From the NCBI GenBank assembly GCA_051546255.1, contig CP128817.1, forward strand, positions 372,001 to 436,000: a stretch of 64,000 bases of DNA, given 5' to 3'. The DNA comes from Meyerozyma guilliermondii (lineage: Eukaryota). Positions 8,864 through 18,013 of the stretch are shown one piece after another (positions within the stretch are counted from its first letter, which is position 1; each line of letters starts with the position of its first letter). Under the pieces are notes generated by a model, which searched no databases, had not been told where the DNA came from, and saw only the letters and a list, made by a program, of their open reading frames with translations. Both the position numbers and the translations under genes were made by a program.

Positions 8864-11788
8864 TTACGATAAATCAAAACCAGCTCCCATATTAATTGCA
8901 TATAGCAATTTGGAACGTATGAGTTCTTTGTCCTGGTAGTCTGGCAATTTCAAAAGATTGACACATGTAGATGCTGTTGGAAGACGATCAATCTCGCGAC
9001 CAGAGTTGCGAATACCAAATTTTGGAGTGAGAGATTGGAATCCTAAAAGCGGCGCTCTCGATACCGATGTGACAAATTTGACCAATTTGAATCGTTCTTG
9101 AGGGGACATCTCTTTAACAACCTCCCAGAAATACACAATTGTCAAGTCGTCATCAAAATATCCTCCATACTCAACGTTGTCTTTCCAATCATCGATATTG
9201 ATATCCTGTTCTCCACCAGAAATTAACATTTGTAATTCTATAGGATCGAACATTGTGAGCCAGGCGGCGGAAATCATCTCAAACAAACCCTCCACAAAAT
9301 ACTTGGTCTGCAAATGTAAAGACTGATTCAACTTGAAGTTCGATACCTGATGAATATAGTTCAATCGATTATTATGGTTGACTTGGGTATTTCTTCCATT
9401 GGGAGGCATGAGGTCATAAATGAATTTCTTTCCCGAGACCTGCTCTTCTATCATAAAGTTCAAATCAAGTTCTACTAGCTCTTGATCACTCATTGAGTTG
9501 AGTTTCAAAAGATTACTGAAAAGTTCTTCATCGAGACTTCGCAAATCGTTGATCGAGCTTTTCATCAAATGAGCCACATTGCTCCACTTGTTGATGAAGA
9601 ATGGTGCAAACGAAACGTCTATAAGTACGTTCTCATACAAGCATTTGCCCACTATCGCGCCCAAGAAACGAAGATATTCAAGCTTTAACTTTTGTTCTGG
9701 TACATTGTAATTCATCCTCAACTTTTTGAAGATTTCGTCATTGGGATAAAGCTGATTATTGGTAGCTGTCTCTTTGAACAAATCAAATTGCCCTCCTGGA
9801 AGAAATCCCTCTTGTACCACTGACGTGAGGAACTCTTTCGTAATTCCACCACCATCAATTCCAGCTTCTTGTCCATACTCGTTGAAAAATGTAACACTCA
9901 AAGGATTTTTGAAATTCTGCCCAATATTGTTAAAATTGTTGAATGCATCTTCTAATATGAACTCCCTTCGAATGTCAGCCTTCAATGTGGTGCGTGGTCC
10001 AAAGTACGACACCGGGGCGTTTCTCTCGCGGTCTAACTCTATAAGGCGTTGAAACACTCGTACTCTGCTTTTGAAAGGAATAATAAACGGCATCTTGGCC
10101 AAAACTTCAAGTCTTGCCTGAGAGTCGTTCGTGATTTTGGTTCTTGATCCAAAAATGGGCTGTGAACCTTCTTCGTCGCTCATGTCGTCGTTCATCGTCA
10201 GGCGCTCGTGGCCCTCGGCAATGATCTCGATCAACGAGTCAATATTGTCGTTGAAGTTTTTCGTTTCCCAGAAACGGCTATCGAGAAATTGCAATCTAGT
10301 GTTTTTGGAGTATAGCTGATTCAATAATGAGATTGAAATGGACTTGATTTTGTCGAAATTATCACAAATAGGGCCGTTACTGAAAATAAAAGTGAGACAT
10401 AAACCTTTCAGAAACTCCATAAAGTCAACGATACTCTCCAAGTTTAACTTGTCATCAGAGAAACTCTCAGTATCGTTTGATACTATCAACCAGTAGGAAT
10501 ACAATTCTTCAAAAGTGTATAACATCTTCCAGAAATCAGCCACACTTGCCGGCGACAAAGCTTGAAATACAGAATTCAAGTCTTGCGAGTCAAGGTAGTC
10601 TTTGCGGGCAAGAATTGTCTTGAAATTTACGTACAATTCATGGTGACAAAGTTGGTTGAAAAACCATTTGTACGACCCAGGGGTTATAGTGATCATCATG
10701 CATAACTTTTTCTTCTCTGGAGGGATCAAGAAGAGGAGAGATGAGAAAATGTATAAAACAAATTTACTCAGCTCATTCTGGGAGTTGGTAAAGAATTCTA
10801 TAGCGTTTTCAATGAACGCAGACGAATACAAAAGTTTGATTTCTTTGATGCTCTCGTTGTCTACGCCAATGATGTTGTGCTCTTGTGTACTATCGGAGTC
10901 ATCTTCGTCTCGAACACGGTCTGACAAAGCAAAAGAAATAGTAGAGAGGACAGTTCCAATGATGATATAGTCCGATGGCCCGATTTGTTTGCGGGAGGTG
11001 ATGGGTGTTAGTGTAAGGATGTTCAAAAGGAGCTGAACTTTTTGTGCTGGTTCAAGTGATTGGATAATGCTTATGTTGTTGGGTATCGTGGAGTACAAAA
11101 TTGACTTGCGGAAATCGCTTGTTCTCAAGTGAAGGTTTCTTCCACATAAAAAGGAAATAAATGCTTGAGGGCTATCTCTAACATTGATAGCAAAGATTAT
11201 ATTGGTTATAGTGTCGAGTTTTTCTTGAGACAATGTGGTGGGTATGAGTCTCTGCAATCCCAGAATGACATTGGGAAACAAGCACTCGTTAGCCACTTCT
11301 TGTTGAAGAATTATCAACAATATCTTCAATGCCTCTTCTGTGATAACGGTGTCATTTCCGGTTTTGTGAAAAACCAACATGATATTGTTGGCAATTCTCT
11401 CCACCTGAAACTTGTTCAAGGTCTTCAACAAGTCATCATGTACCTTCAACACAGTAGCCAAGTCGGTGATATTACTAATAATTCGTTCTCTAGGAAGGCT
11501 CCTTTTCCATCGACATACAAACAGAAAACTTGCCAAATACCTGGAAAATGAATATTCATCGACTACATCGTTGCTTTCCTGATGAAGATCAATTGTCTCT
11601 GCAATTCTCGAAAGATAAAGGTACCATTTGACGTAACCTTGAAGGATATTTGCTGCTCGTTCTCGTTGTCGTTGTTCTTCTCGAGCTTGTCTTTGTAGTC
11701 TGGTTTGCTCGAGGAAATTCACAGCACTACTCTGCTTGTTTCCTAGGTTTACTACCCTTTTTTTCGTTTGACCCGTAAAGTTTAGCAT
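8864..11788 (-). CDS. HUL5: HECT E3/E4 ubiquitin ligase (UBE3C-like)
   Basis: ATG at 11788 gives the MLNFTGQTKKRVVNLG N-terminus; IQ-like motif; HECT motifs EAGIDGGGITKEFL and RLPTASTCVNLLKLPDY; C-terminal GFDLS. Confidence 0.93.
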   Translation of the reverse strand: MLNFTGQTKKRVVNLGNKQSSAVNFLEQTRLQRQAREEQRQRERAANILQGYVKWYLYLSRIAETIDLHQESNDVVDEYSFSRYLASFLFVCRWKRSLPRERIISNITDLATVLKVHDDLLKTLNKFQVERIANNIMLVFHKTGNDTVITEEALKILLIILQQEVANECLFPNVILGLQRLIPTTLSQEKLDTITNIIFAINVRDSPQAFISFLCGRNLHLRTSDFRKSILYSTIPNNISIIQSLEPAQKVQLLLNILTLTPITSRKQIGPSDYIIIGTVLSTISFALSDRVRDEDDSDSTQEHNIIGVDNESIKEIKLLYSSAFIENAIEFFTNSQNELSKFVLYIFSSLLFLIPPEKKKLCMMITITPGSYKWFFNQLCHHELYVNFKTILARKDYLDSQDLNSVFQALSPASVADFWKMLYTFEELYSYWLIVSNDTESFSDDKLNLESIVDFMEFLKGLCLTFIFSNGPICDNFDKIKSISISLLNQLYSKNTRLQFLDSRFWETKNFNDNIDSLIEIIAEGHERLTMNDDMSDEEGSQPIFGSRTKITNDSQARLEVLAKMPFIIPFKSRVRVFQRLIELDRERNAPVSYFGPRTTLKADIRREFILEDAFNNFNNIGQNFKNPLSVTFFNEYGQEAGIDGGGITKEFLTSVVQEGFLPGGQFDLFKETATNNQLYPNDEIFKKLRMNYNVPEQKLKLEYLRFLGAIVGKCLYENVLIDVSFAPFFINKWSNVAHLMKSSINDLRSLDEELFSNLLKLNSMSDQELVELDLNFMIEEQVSGKKFIYDLMPPNGRNTQVNHNNRLNYIHQVSNFKLNQSLHLQTKYFVEGLFEMISAAWLTMFDPIELQMLISGGEQDINIDDWKDNVEYGGYFDDDLTIVYFWEVVKEMSPQERFKLVKFVTSVSRAPLLGFQSLTPKFGIRNSGREIDRLPTASTCVNLLKLPDYQDKELIRSKLLYAINMGAGFDLS

Positions 11789-11974
11789 ACTGGTGGCCAA
11801 AAGATTCAACTAGATAATCGATTGCACGACTCGGTGCGAGCCGCACTGGCTGCGGGATAGTTGCAAGTAGAGATAAATGTAGTGCGTAACGCTATGTACA
11901 GATTATTTACAGACTTGGGATTTACAGACTGGGGTAGATATTCAAGTCAGACTCTTTGGTGGGTGAGTGAAAGT

Positions 11975-14113
11975 TCATCCATTGAGCAACCCACAGGTTT
12001 CGTCAGCGTCGGTATCGCCAGCAATACTCGGTTGCAAAGGAGAAGAATGAAAGTCCATCCATTGTGCTAGCCATTTGTCCCCGATGATATCCTCGGGTAT
12101 GTTTGTGTCCAAGTTGGAGGTGGGCTCAGTGGGATAAAGAAGCTGGGTGTCAAATTCATTTTTTTCATGAACCGTATTTTCAGATCTATTGGAGCTCGCC
12201 ATAGAAATCTCCCGTTCTAATGATTCATGGTCGATTCCAATGGCAAAGAGCTCTGATCGGTTTTGCTCAAACCTTAAAGCAAGTGCCTTGTTCGCTAATC
12301 GAAGCACCCATAGACACTCTCGTACTTTATCCATATGCGAATTTTGAGAGGGAACTATGGCAGACGCTGCCAGTTGAAGGGCTGTGAGCAAATCGATGGA
12401 GCTTTGAAGCATCAGCTTTGACTGCTGGATGTAGATTCCAGCATTAAGTAAGGTCAAGGAAGTGATACCAATGTTGAAGAGAAGGAGAAGTGTATTGTAC
12501 CAAGGAACAGTGAGTAAATTGGCTGCTTGTACCTGTTTGAGAACCTCAATAATTCCACTGCAAGCTTCAAGAACTCGTTCAATAGACGGTCCCTCGTTCA
12601 CGACTTGGTGTCCCAAGAAATTGAACAATACTCTTCCGTGTACACATATGATAAGATCGTAGTAGTGAAGTTTAACCTGAGCAGCAGCAAGTCCCGAAAA
12701 CTTGTTATTGAATAATTGCGTATTGGCAAACCCATTGTGTTCTAACCACACGAAGAACTTATCGAGCTCGTGATCAATTCGCTCATATTTGTGTGCATCA
12801 TCCATGGTATATACCAAATTGGCGATCTTTGCAACATGTAATAGTGCAAACGCTGGAAAAGGAAGCCATGAATCATCTTCTGAAACATAGTGTAGACTGG
12901 GAAATGACCGCTGGATGTATTTCATGTTGACAGCGCCATAATTTCCCTTGTGCAACCCCAAGATTCTTTCTATCGTGAATACAGACCAAAAAATTCTTTT
13001 TGCTCTTTGCTTTTCATAGAGCGATGAGTTTTCGAGTATGGGTTCTTCGTACCTGAGACCCATCAGCTTCGTCATGGTAGTGGCTCGATTCAATGCCATG
13101 TACACGGAACCTTGGTTATGGCTTATTCGCAAGTAGATGGTGATCAACAACCACGCCTGGATGAGTTCAAATGACTCCACCTCGAAGGATATGTGATTAA
13201 TTGTCGAGTATCCATACTTAAATGCGGCTCTTTCGTTGCTTATAGTTATGGAAGAAGGTATTCCTTGGCCATAGTCCAAGAGTCTTATGGAAATGGCATA
13301 GATGAGATACAACGTAGCACGGAAAACAGTAGCTCGTGAAAATCGTTCAGGAGTCTCGTCTGGGTTAAACACAGCTAACTCATTAAAAGCACTGAGATGG
13401 TCCCTAAATATGGGTTCGTGGATGATTCCATAGAGTGAATTGACCTCATGGAAGAAGTAATTGACATACTTCATCTGATCTAGTTCAAGACCAGGAGGAA
13501 GTGGTAAAGTGTCAGTTATGATGCTTTGTGTGCTCAGCATGTTCCACCCAAAGTAACGAGGTGGAGGTATGGAGAACAGGGCTCTCGTTTCATAGGGAAG
13601 TGTATCAAGTACTTTTTCAAAGAATTCTGTGGCTAACACATTTTGATGCCGGTGCAGATCTGGACCCATTGGTGAAGACGATTGAGGAATAATATAGTCA
13701 GTATTTGCAACTTCGATTTGTCGAAGGTAATCGGTTTGGTTTCCAATGAAATCCTTGGGAAATCCACTATTGGAATTGGTGGAGTTATTCAGGTCACTTT
13801 GACGAATTTCACCACTATTATTATCATCGGTAAATATACAATGTGCACCATGTTTAACACAACTATCACAAGGAAGTTGGCCCGAACACTTTATTTTCAG
13901 AGTTCTGCATCGCTTACAAGCCCTAACAGCTCTTAATCGTGGTCGTGGGCGGGGTTTAATAGTTCCAGATCCACCAAATTCAGTTGTAGGTTTCTTTCGA
14001 AACAACAGATTTTCTTTAGGAGGCGAGTCTGGGTCAGCTTTTCGTTTACTGGGCTCTGGTCTGGCACGAAATTGCTCGGATGGGCGCCATCTAAGCACCT
14101 TATTATCTTCCAT
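11975..14113 (-). CDS. Zn(II)2Cys6 transcription factor with fungal-specific TF (middle homology) domain
   Basis: ACKRCRTLKIKCSGQLPCDSCVKHGAHC cluster; YFFHEVNSLYGIIHE and RAKRIFWSVFTIER middle-homology motifs. First ATG at 14113. Confidence 0.9.
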   Translation of the reverse strand: MEDNKVLRWRPSEQFRARPEPSKRKADPDSPPKENLLFRKKPTTEFGGSGTIKPRPRPRLRAVRACKRCRTLKIKCSGQLPCDSCVKHGAHCIFTDDNNSGEIRQSDLNNSTNSNSGFPKDFIGNQTDYLRQIEVANTDYIIPQSSSPMGPDLHRHQNVLATEFFEKVLDTLPYETRALFSIPPPRYFGWNMLSTQSIITDTLPLPPGLELDQMKYVNYFFHEVNSLYGIIHEPIFRDHLSAFNELAVFNPDETPERFSRATVFRATLYLIYAISIRLLDYGQGIPSSITISNERAAFKYGYSTINHISFEVESFELIQAWLLITIYLRISHNQGSVYMALNRATTMTKLMGLRYEEPILENSSLYEKQRAKRIFWSVFTIERILGLHKGNYGAVNMKYIQRSFPSLHYVSEDDSWLPFPAFALLHVAKIANLVYTMDDAHKYERIDHELDKFFVWLEHNGFANTQLFNNKFSGLAAAQVKLHYYDLIICVHGRVLFNFLGHQVVNEGPSIERVLEACSGIIEVLKQVQAANLLTVPWYNTLLLLFNIGITSLTLLNAGIYIQQSKLMLQSSIDLLTALQLAASAIVPSQNSHMDKVRECLWVLRLANKALALRFEQNRSELFAIGIDHESLEREISMASSNRSENTVHEKNEFDTQLLYPTEPTSNLDTNIPEDIIGDKWLAQWMDFHSSPLQPSIAGDTDADETCGLLNG

Positions 14114-14210
14114 GCTGACCAAGGAAAGTAAATACGGCTATTCGTTGTGTTGTCTGCAGGAGAAAAGCGATGCAACCATGTATTGTATTCTAGTATCCTT
14201 GGTCTAAGAT

Positions 14211-14240
14211 TCAATCTAGATCCTTCTATCAATCTAGATC
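14211..14240. repeat. 12-bp direct repeat TCAATCTAGATC with 18-bp period
   Basis: Copies at 14211-14222 and 14229-14240; the second contains the PHO13 stop codon. Confidence 0.9.
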
Positions 14241-15058
14241 AGTACTAGCAAGGAAGAGCCTGCTCCGCCTCCAAGGTTTCCATCGTTTCCAAATTTAATG
14301 TCGGTGTATAGAGTGTCTCCAACCATGAGAGTCTTGGATCTGTCAAATTTGCAATGATCAATAATAGCGTCAAGAAGAACTTGCGATGGCTTTCCCACAT
14401 CGATAAACCTTCTGTCAGCAGTATAAGCCATGTACTCAACCACACTTCCACCAGCAGGCAATACGAGCCCTTTTGGTCCAGGATAAGTTCTGTCGATATT
14501 CGTGCCAATAAATGGGATGGATTTGTTGTCTGCAAGCAAGTATTGGAGTGTCAGGGCAATCCTCATGTAATTGAACGATTTTGTAGACCCTATCACCACC
14601 GCCTTGACGTCTTTGTCTACTATCAAAAGTTCATGGTCAGGATCGAATGGTGTATCGAGTCCAGGGTCAGTTCCTCCCAACGGAACATATCCAGCCTCCT
14701 CGAGCTCCTGTTCGATTCCATGGTCTCCTAAAACCCACACTTTGCTGCCAATTGGAATTTGAAGCTTCTCTTTGATGCAAGTTGCAGCAGAATAACAAGT
14801 AGGAAAGTACTGCGATTTTTGAAGGCCCTTGTATCCCAATCTCTTGAACTTTTCGTGGTATGTGTTTCGGGACGCAGACGAGTTGTTACTAACAAAAGCG
14901 AACGTTTTACCTTGCTTTTCAAGGGCAGAAACAGCTTGTTGGACATTTGGAATGGCGTCTGGACCGAGCCAAAGAACACCATCACAGTCGAAAAGAATGT
15001 GGTTGTATTGTTCAAATATAGCCTTAGCGTTATCTTTCGTGATCTTTATCGGGCTCAT
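14234..15058 (-). pseudogene. PHO13: Pho13-like HAD-IIA phosphatase, C-terminally truncated (possible pseudogene or partial copy)
   Basis: HAD motifs FDCDGVLW, SNNS, GKP and MVGDTLYTDIKFG are present, but the ORF stops at SLLV(S)I-stop where the family continues LLVL(S/T)G plus a few dozen more residues. Confidence 0.65.
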
Positions 15059-15164
15059 AGTGGGTAATTGGTGCAAGAAATTGTTTGTCGTAACAAGAAA
15101 TTGTGTGTCGTTATGTTATGACTCTTTCCTCGGTTATCTCGGTGAAATTCGCATTCGCGCCGAT

Positions 15165-15172
15165 GCGATGAG
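15165..15172 (+). promoter_or_regulatory. PAC element GCGATGAG
   Basis: Exact PAC consensus in the divergent PHO13/orphan promoter, about 70 bp upstream of ATG 15239. Confidence 0.55.
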
Positions 15173-15238
15173 CCGTTTGCTTGACACATTAGGAGTGCAG
15201 ATCCAACACCACACACTCTCAGTAATTTCCACTTAAGC

Positions 15239-15661
15239 ATGGCAGACAACGGTAGCACTGCTGGAGGCAACAAAGCCTCGAAAAGAAAGCAGAGAAAACC
15301 GCAAACTGAAAAGGAGTTTTCTGCACAAAAAAATCAGTTCGTAAATGCTGGACCCCAGATTAATGAAGAAGGATGGCTTTTGCAAGACGATACAATCAAA
15401 CTGCTCGATCCTCAGCGCAAAATAGACCGAGTTCAGATGCTAAATGCTTGTGAACGTGCATATTTTGAAAGAGACTACCATCGATGTTTGGAGTTGGTGA
15501 CACAAGCATACCAGCTTTTTGGCGTAGAAGACGACGACACGGAACAGCTTCAACGGGATTTTGAAGCATTGGGAAGAAAAACCAAGAAAAGTGCCAAGGT
15601 GGAACGTCATGTGGTAGAACTCGGCCACATCAAGCAACGATGTCTTCAAAAATTGCTGTAG
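15239..15661 (+). CDS. Hypothetical 140-aa helical protein with a basic N-terminal patch
   Basis: ATG in good context; fills the gap between PHO13 and POP7; TPR-like segment ACERAYFERDYHRCLELVTQA. Confidence 0.7.
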   Translation: MADNGSTAGGNKASKRKQRKPQTEKEFSAQKNQFVNAGPQINEEGWLLQDDTIKLLDPQRKIDRVQMLNACERAYFERDYHRCLELVTQAYQLFGVEDDDTEQLQRDFEALGRKTKKSAKVERHVVELGHIKQRCLQKLL

Positions 15662-15680
15662 TTGTGTATATTTAATGTTA

Positions 15681-16112
15681 TCATGCCCGTTTAAGAAAGA
15701 TGCGTACTTCCACGTAACTCACCATTCGTTTCTGAAAAGTTATCTCGTCGTCGTTTTCTTCGTCAGAGTCTTGTGGTCGGAACTCATCGAGCACCAGAGT
15801 GCCTCCAGTAGTTATCTCTACGTGGTAATTCATGTCATTTTTGAACATCAAGCCTATAGATATGGTCTTTTCGATGGCTCTTCCCATTCCCTTGACGCAA
15901 ATATACTTGACTTTAAGATATTCACCTCGCTGATACTTTTTGTGGGACACATTAGATTTATCGAATTTCTCAAGTTTCTTGCTTATTCGTTTGACAGCAG
16001 CTATAAATGGTGTAGAAGATTTCACCAAAAACTCAGTTTCCTGCTGCACCTTCAGCACCAAACCCGTATTGGGACTATGTCTGATATGCCGTTTTGGGGT
16101 GGTTTTAGCCAT
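15681..16112 (-). CDS. POP7: RNase P/MRP subunit Pop7 (Rpp20, Alba fold)
   Basis: VKSSTPFIAAVKRISKKL, VKGMGRAIEKTISIG and KRMVSYVEVRI motifs; ATG at 16112. Confidence 0.9.
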   Translation of the reverse strand: MAKTTPKRHIRHSPNTGLVLKVQQETEFLVKSSTPFIAAVKRISKKLEKFDKSNVSHKKYQRGEYLKVKYICVKGMGRAIEKTISIGLMFKNDMNYHVEITTGGTLVLDEFRPQDSDEENDDEITFQKRMVSYVEVRIFLKRA

Positions 16113-16173
16113 GTCTAAGTTGAAAAATCGCGAGCGCGGTTTTTGAAAACTACAACTTGCTCGCAAACCCGTC

Positions 16174-16419
16174 ATGAACACAAGTCGAAAACGAGGCCAT
16201 TATAGATGTCAAAGCTTTGAGGACGCGCTGCCAAAGCGCACACAAACTACAAGGATACATTCTGAGATCCATATCAAAACCGTTGAGTTGATGATGAACG
16301 CTCAGCGTCACCTCAAGGAGTATCCACAACCAGATTCTGACGCGCCAAAAGAAGACTCTCCGCCTTCTAGCTACGAGCAAAAGCCCTTCTGGCCGGCGTT
16401 GAACCGCGTGAAATCCTAA
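16174..16419 (+). CDS. Candidate 81-aa microprotein
   Basis: Occupies nearly the whole POP7-RLP24 gap and is followed by a T-rich tract; has an amphipathic IHIKTVELMMNAQRHL segment. Confidence 0.5.
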   Translation: MNTSRKRGHYRCQSFEDALPKRTQTTRIHSEIHIKTVELMMNAQRHLKEYPQPDSDAPKEDSPPSSYEQKPFWPALNRVKS

Positions 16420-16483
16420 TTGATTTTTTTTACTTTGCACTGTTCGAAACTATTGATTGTACTATACATTAACCACCATGAAA

Positions 16484-17086
16484 CTATGCAACGGCCCGCT
16501 TGGCCTTTTTCTTGTTTTTCAAGACCACCTTTTGCTTGACGGCCTCGGCTTCGGACTCCGACTCTGCCTCCGACTCAGCTTCTGATTCTGACTCCATCTC
16601 AGAGTCCATCTCCATGTCGCTAGCCTCAGCAGCCTTGGCCTCAGCCCGCTCGGCCTTGCGTCTCAACTCGACTTCACGCATTCTCAACAACTCAGGGTTG
16701 GCCTCCACCAACTTCTTATCGTTGGCAAGTTGTTTATCCTTGTTTCCACGCATTCTGTTCTTATAGAATGCCCGCTCTCTCTTTTGTCTGATCTCCTCAA
16801 CACGAGCCATGGCCTTGAGCGTGGTGGCCACCAAATCCCTATTGTATCTGACAGGCACATTTCTTCTCGATGCAAACGTCAACGTCGAATCCACCACCAA
16901 TTCTTTACCGGCAGCTTTTCTGAACGCTTTGGTCCATCTCAATTTACGAGGATTACGACGCTGTTTGAAAGCGCGGTGGCACTTTGACCGGCAAAAGCGA
17001 AACTCCTTGGCATCGTTTCTCACAAACATGATCCCGTGCAACGGATAAACCGGTGACGAGCAAAAATGACATGTGTAGACCCTCAT
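16484..17086 (-). CDS. RLP24: Ribosome biogenesis protein Rlp24 (L24e-like)
   Basis: [37 protein letters not shown]; acidic ESEA-repeat tail. ATG at 17086. Confidence 0.97.
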   Translation of the reverse strand: MRVYTCHFCSSPVYPLHGIMFVRNDAKEFRFCRSKCHRAFKQRRNPRKLRWTKAFRKAAGKELVVDSTLTFASRRNVPVRYNRDLVATTLKAMARVEEIRQKRERAFYKNRMRGNKDKQLANDKKLVEANPELLRMREVELRRKAERAEAKAAEASDMEMDSEMESESEAESEAESESEAEAVKQKVVLKNKKKAKRAVA

Positions 17087-17107
17087 GCTGTCTCCACAAA
17101 CTTTTAT

Positions 17108-17115
17108 CTCATCGC
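17108..17115 (-). promoter_or_regulatory. PAC element upstream of RLP24
   Basis: CTCATCGC (GCGATGAG on the minus strand) 22-29 bp upstream of the RLP24 ATG. Confidence 0.7.
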
Positions 17116-17226
17116 GGGAAAAATGTTCCCACTGGTGATGCCTGGTGTACTGGTGCGCTCGCGCTCGCCGTCCTGCCTGCATCGGTCACCGCCTTTTGTG
17201 GAAAATCTACTTCACATCCACCAATA

Positions 17227-17691
17227 ATGGAGGTTCCAACGTTACCTATCCCTGGCGAATCCGGTTCTGCTGCCGCTGCTCAACAACAGCAGCCCGCATA
17301 CACAGGTCAACTTCAACGTAAACAAGCTGCTGAAGGCTCGGTAGAATGGTACTTTGACAAGGGCTGTGACTGGATGGGAAATCATCCATGGATGACAGGT
17401 ATAGGGCTCTTTGGAGTAGCATACTTTGCTGCTGGATTTGTCAAGTCCAAACAACCCGGTATCAACGGAAAAGCGTTCATCAAGGGCAGTTTTCAATCAA
17501 AGATGACGCCGAAAGAAGCATTGCAAATTCTCAACTTGAAAGAAACTACCCTCACCAGAACAAAATTAAAGGAACAACACCGGAAGCTCATGATGGCAAA
17601 TCACCCTGATAAGGGAGGATCGTCGTACTTGGCCACCAAAGTGAATGAGGCCAAAGATATTCTCGAGAAGCGCGGCGGAATTAAGAAGTAG
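17227..17691 (+). CDS. PAM18: Mitochondrial import motor J-protein Pam18/Tim14
   Basis: TM segment, KMTPKEALQILNL and MMANHPDKGGSSYLATKVNEAKD J-domain; ATG at 17227. Confidence 0.95.
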   Translation: MEVPTLPIPGESGSAAAAQQQQPAYTGQLQRKQAAEGSVEWYFDKGCDWMGNHPWMTGIGLFGVAYFAAGFVKSKQPGINGKAFIKGSFQSKMTPKEALQILNLKETTLTRTKLKEQHRKLMMANHPDKGGSSYLATKVNEAKDILEKRGGIKK

Positions 17692-18013
17692 GCATGGAGG
17701 GGAGAATGTAATGAGAAGAGAAAATGTTGAAGAGAAGAGGAAAAGAGAATTAGAGAAGTAAGGGAGAAGCATAAGGCAGAAGGCAGAGTGACTGTGATTC
17801 AGCAGATGATGCCGGTGGCATCTGTCTTCCTGTATATAGTAGAGTACCAACGGAATGTATGGAAGTTGTTGGTTGTACGCAGGAATCAGGTTTAAGCCTT
17901 CGTAATAACAGCGATTGGTTTTTTATCACCTCGATCCAAACCCAAAACCCCCTTGTGTCTGTCAACACTCCTTGTGTACATTGTAAAACACTCCTCTACT
18001 ACCACAATTGCCA

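Noticed and set aside
17692..17790. Purine-rich GA tract after PAM18
   Set aside because: Low complexity with no fixed period; likely an ordinary UTR or promoter tract.
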